Origin: an uncultured Puniceicoccaceae bacterium
Lineage (GTDB): Bacteria; Verrucomicrobiota; Verrucomicrobiia; Opitutales; Oceanipulchritudinaceae
NCBI GenBank assembly: GCA_963933835.1
Contig: CAWVVV010000004.1
Location: 152,782-216,781 of the forward strand
DNA length: 64,000 nucleotides
Direction: 5' to 3'
Under the pieces are notes generated by a model. It searched no databases and was not told where the DNA came from. It saw nothing but the letters and a program-made list of their open reading frames with translations. Made by a program: the position numbers and the translations under genes. Of this stretch, positions 61,780 to 64,000 are shown one piece after another; the first letter of the stretch is position 1, and every line of letters begins with the position of its first letter.

Positions 61780-62697
61780 TCAGTAGACGGTGATCGGCAC
61801 GACGAGCTGACCAAATCCAGGCACCTCAGCAAAAAGGCTACCCGAACCCGCTACACCGCCTTCGACGATGACGGAAACAGAATTGCTTCCGGCTGGGATC
61901 ACGACCTCAGGCATGATGACACTCGTCGGCACGTCGGTGGTTACACTGATTAGCAATCCACCCATTGGGGCCTGACCTTCGATCATGAAGCTCAGCTGAG
62001 TCGGTTCACCCGAAGCCAAGTTGAGCGAGGCAGGTGTAACATTCAGCCGACCTTCATCGATACGAAAACTCCCGAGAGCAAGGTCGCCCGTAGCAGTCTC
62101 AATGATTGCCCCGTAGGACCGACCAGCGGACGCCGCAGGAACAATAAATTCGAGCGCGAAAGGAGAACTATAGAACGTTTCTGCCGGCATCCCCTCGAGA
62201 GTGACGGTGTCCATTTCACTGAAGCCACTGCCAACCACTGCGATGCGGTCTCCAACACGACCTCGAGCACTTACGAGCTGAATCGGATAACGACTCGTCA
62301 ATGTTGCAGAGTAAGGTCGTCCATAATTCTCATAGGTACTGTATCGCACCTTTTCATTAATGAACGGACCGTTGTGGTAGGTATAAGTAAGCTCGTAGTA
62401 GTAACGGATATCCTCTTGTCCGAGAGGAATCGGATAATCGATCGAGAACACCAAGGCTCCCTCATCAATTAGATCCATCCGGATCTTTTCACCGTTAATC
62501 CAAAGCCATGCCTGCTCGCTATCATCAACAATCGCAGCTAGCGAAAGGTCAGCCCGAAAGGTAAAGGTATAGATGTTCGAGGCGTTTTTAGGAACCTGAC
62601 TTTCAACGTAGTTTTGAAAGACGGAACGACAGCCGCCTAAAAAGACTGCGGCGAGGGCGAGTAAGATGAACCCGAATCGGGATTGCGCATGCTTCAT
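61780..62697 (-). CDS. Lipoprotein with IPT/TIG-like domain
   Basis: Lipobox LGGC; GDRIAVVGSGF..LEFIVP. Confidence 0.7.
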   Translation of the reverse strand: MKHAQSRFGFILLALAAVFLGGCRSVFQNYVESQVPKNASNIYTFTFRADLSLAAIVDDSEQAWLWINGEKIRMDLIDEGALVFSIDYPIPLGQEDIRYYYELTYTYHNGPFINEKVRYSTYENYGRPYSATLTSRYPIQLVSARGRVGDRIAVVGSGFSEMDTVTLEGMPAETFYSSPFALEFIVPAASAGRSYGAIIETATGDLALGSFRIDEGRLNVTPASLNLASGEPTQLSFMIEGQAPMGGLLISVTTDVPTSVIMPEVVIPAGSNSVSVIVEGGVAGSGSLFAEVPGFGQLVVPITVY

Positions 62698-62726
62698 AAA
62701 TGCCTCGAATGTAAGTCTCACGCTCT

Positions 62727-63899
62727 ATGTCACTGCAAGCAAAAGGTTTACTAACAAATCCCTTAGGACTCTACCTTCACGTGCCCTTTTGCGCCACTAC
62801 GTGCGATTTTTGTTCCTTTTATCAAAACGCACCATCGCGACCAGATGTTGAATCTTACCTTGAAACGATGGAGGCGGCATTACGGTGGCGTTCGCCCTCA
62901 AGGGCCGTAGACACTGTGTTCTGGGGCGGCGGCACCCCTGGACTCCTCACCGCCCGTGACCTCGAGCGCCTCGGATCCGCTATGCTCAGCGCCCTACCGA
63001 AGCGCCCACAGGAATGGTCGATCGAGATGGCACCTTCGGCGATCAAGCGGGACAAAATTCATGCGCTGAAAGATCTCGGGGTGAACCGAATTTCAATCGG
63101 GATACAGAGTTTTGATGATGCTCTACTAACAAAGCTAGGGAGGCAGCACTCACGAAAACAAGTCTTCCGCTCGATCGAGACAGTGCAATCCGCTGGGTTT
63201 GAGAATATCAATCTCGACCTTATTTTCGCCCTACCGGGCCAAAGTTTTGAACAGTGGTCCCGCGATATCGACACTGCTCTGTCGTTTAACCCAACCCATC
63301 TCTCCACTTATTGCCTTACTTTCGAGGAGGACACCAAGCTCTGGGCGCGTCTCCAACGCGGCGAAGTGCACCGCCAGAGCGAAGAAGACGAAGCCCGCTT
63401 TTACGAAAAAACCTGGGAGAAACTAGGAGCCGCCGGCCTTCAGCAATATGAGACCTCGAATTACGCCCGCCCTGGTTACGCCTGCCAGCACAACCTCCAC
63501 ACATGGCAGATGCACGACTGGATCGGCTACGGGCCCTCCGCCTCCAGTCAGTATCAAGGGAAACGTTTCACCGAAGTCGCCTCTCTCGATGAATGGACCA
63601 CGAGTGTTCGCGAGCGTTCGCCGAACTATGCCGAAGAAGTCTACTTGGATTCCAGAATCCTTGCGAGCGACGCTCTGGTATTTGGATTGAGAATGAATGC
63701 AGGCGTTTCGCCAGGTGAACTGGAAGAGCGCTTTCCCGGCGATCACTGGATCTCTTTTCACCGCCTGATAGATAATTTGAACGAAGAGGGGCTGATCGAA
63801 GCCACTAAGTCGAATTGGAGACTCACTCCCCGCGGTCGGCTCGTTGCCGATGCGATCGGCTCAGCAATCCTCGAGTCATCCGACGTCATCGTCCCCTAA
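62727..63899 (+). CDS. hemW: Radical SAM heme chaperone HemW
   Basis: YLHVPFCATTCDFC, GGGTP, YETSNYA, HN. Confidence 0.92.
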   Translation: MSLQAKGLLTNPLGLYLHVPFCATTCDFCSFYQNAPSRPDVESYLETMEAALRWRSPSRAVDTVFWGGGTPGLLTARDLERLGSAMLSALPKRPQEWSIEMAPSAIKRDKIHALKDLGVNRISIGIQSFDDALLTKLGRQHSRKQVFRSIETVQSAGFENINLDLIFALPGQSFEQWSRDIDTALSFNPTHLSTYCLTFEEDTKLWARLQRGEVHRQSEEDEARFYEKTWEKLGAAGLQQYETSNYARPGYACQHNLHTWQMHDWIGYGPSASSQYQGKRFTEVASLDEWTTSVRERSPNYAEEVYLDSRILASDALVFGLRMNAGVSPGELEERFPGDHWISFHRLIDNLNEEGLIEATKSNWRLTPRGRLVADAIGSAILESSDVIVP

Positions 63900-64000
63900 G
63901 GCGCGGTTTGACCTTGTCAGACACACCGCCTTCGATCTCCATCTTTCGTTTTCAATTTTCAAACTAGAATCCATATGAAATTAAACCCTATTGTCCTTCC

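Overview
Bacterial chromosomal window, most likely Verrucomicrobiota (Opitutales-like). This is inferred from the rplY-pth-rpsF-ssb-rplI-dnaB-bamA-skp-lpxD-prs order, mcsA-mcsB-clpC, a long GreA, DUF5069 and a PEP-CTERM remnant. Most of it is housekeeping: translation, envelope, glycogen (malQ, glgB), pyc, rho, hisF, hemW and two tRNAs. The most unusual features are non-coding. (1) Five consecutive intergenic gaps from ~17.06 to ~24.53 kb hold a family of 200-570 bp modular inverted-repeat elements, with CAC-periodic left modules, GTG-periodic right modules, a recurrent ACAGAGCCTAAG-like linker and split TTCGACAGGCTCA palindrome halves. The cluster starts next to a GIY-YIG nuclease gene and encloses a small PD-(D/E)XK-like gene flanked by ~135 bp direct repeats. 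(2) tRNA-Asn is followed by a decayed GIY-YIG gene and a second tRNA-Asn copy in which two segments are replaced by TCCCG..CGGGA hairpins. (3) A dif-like XerCD site lies at 1510-1537. The window also has several orphan gene fragments (degP, PEP-CTERM, S8 protease, a secreted-protein tail) and several single-base frameshifts, pointing to gene erosion and/or long-read indel errors. All calls come from reading the sequence and recalled family motifs; no database searches were run.
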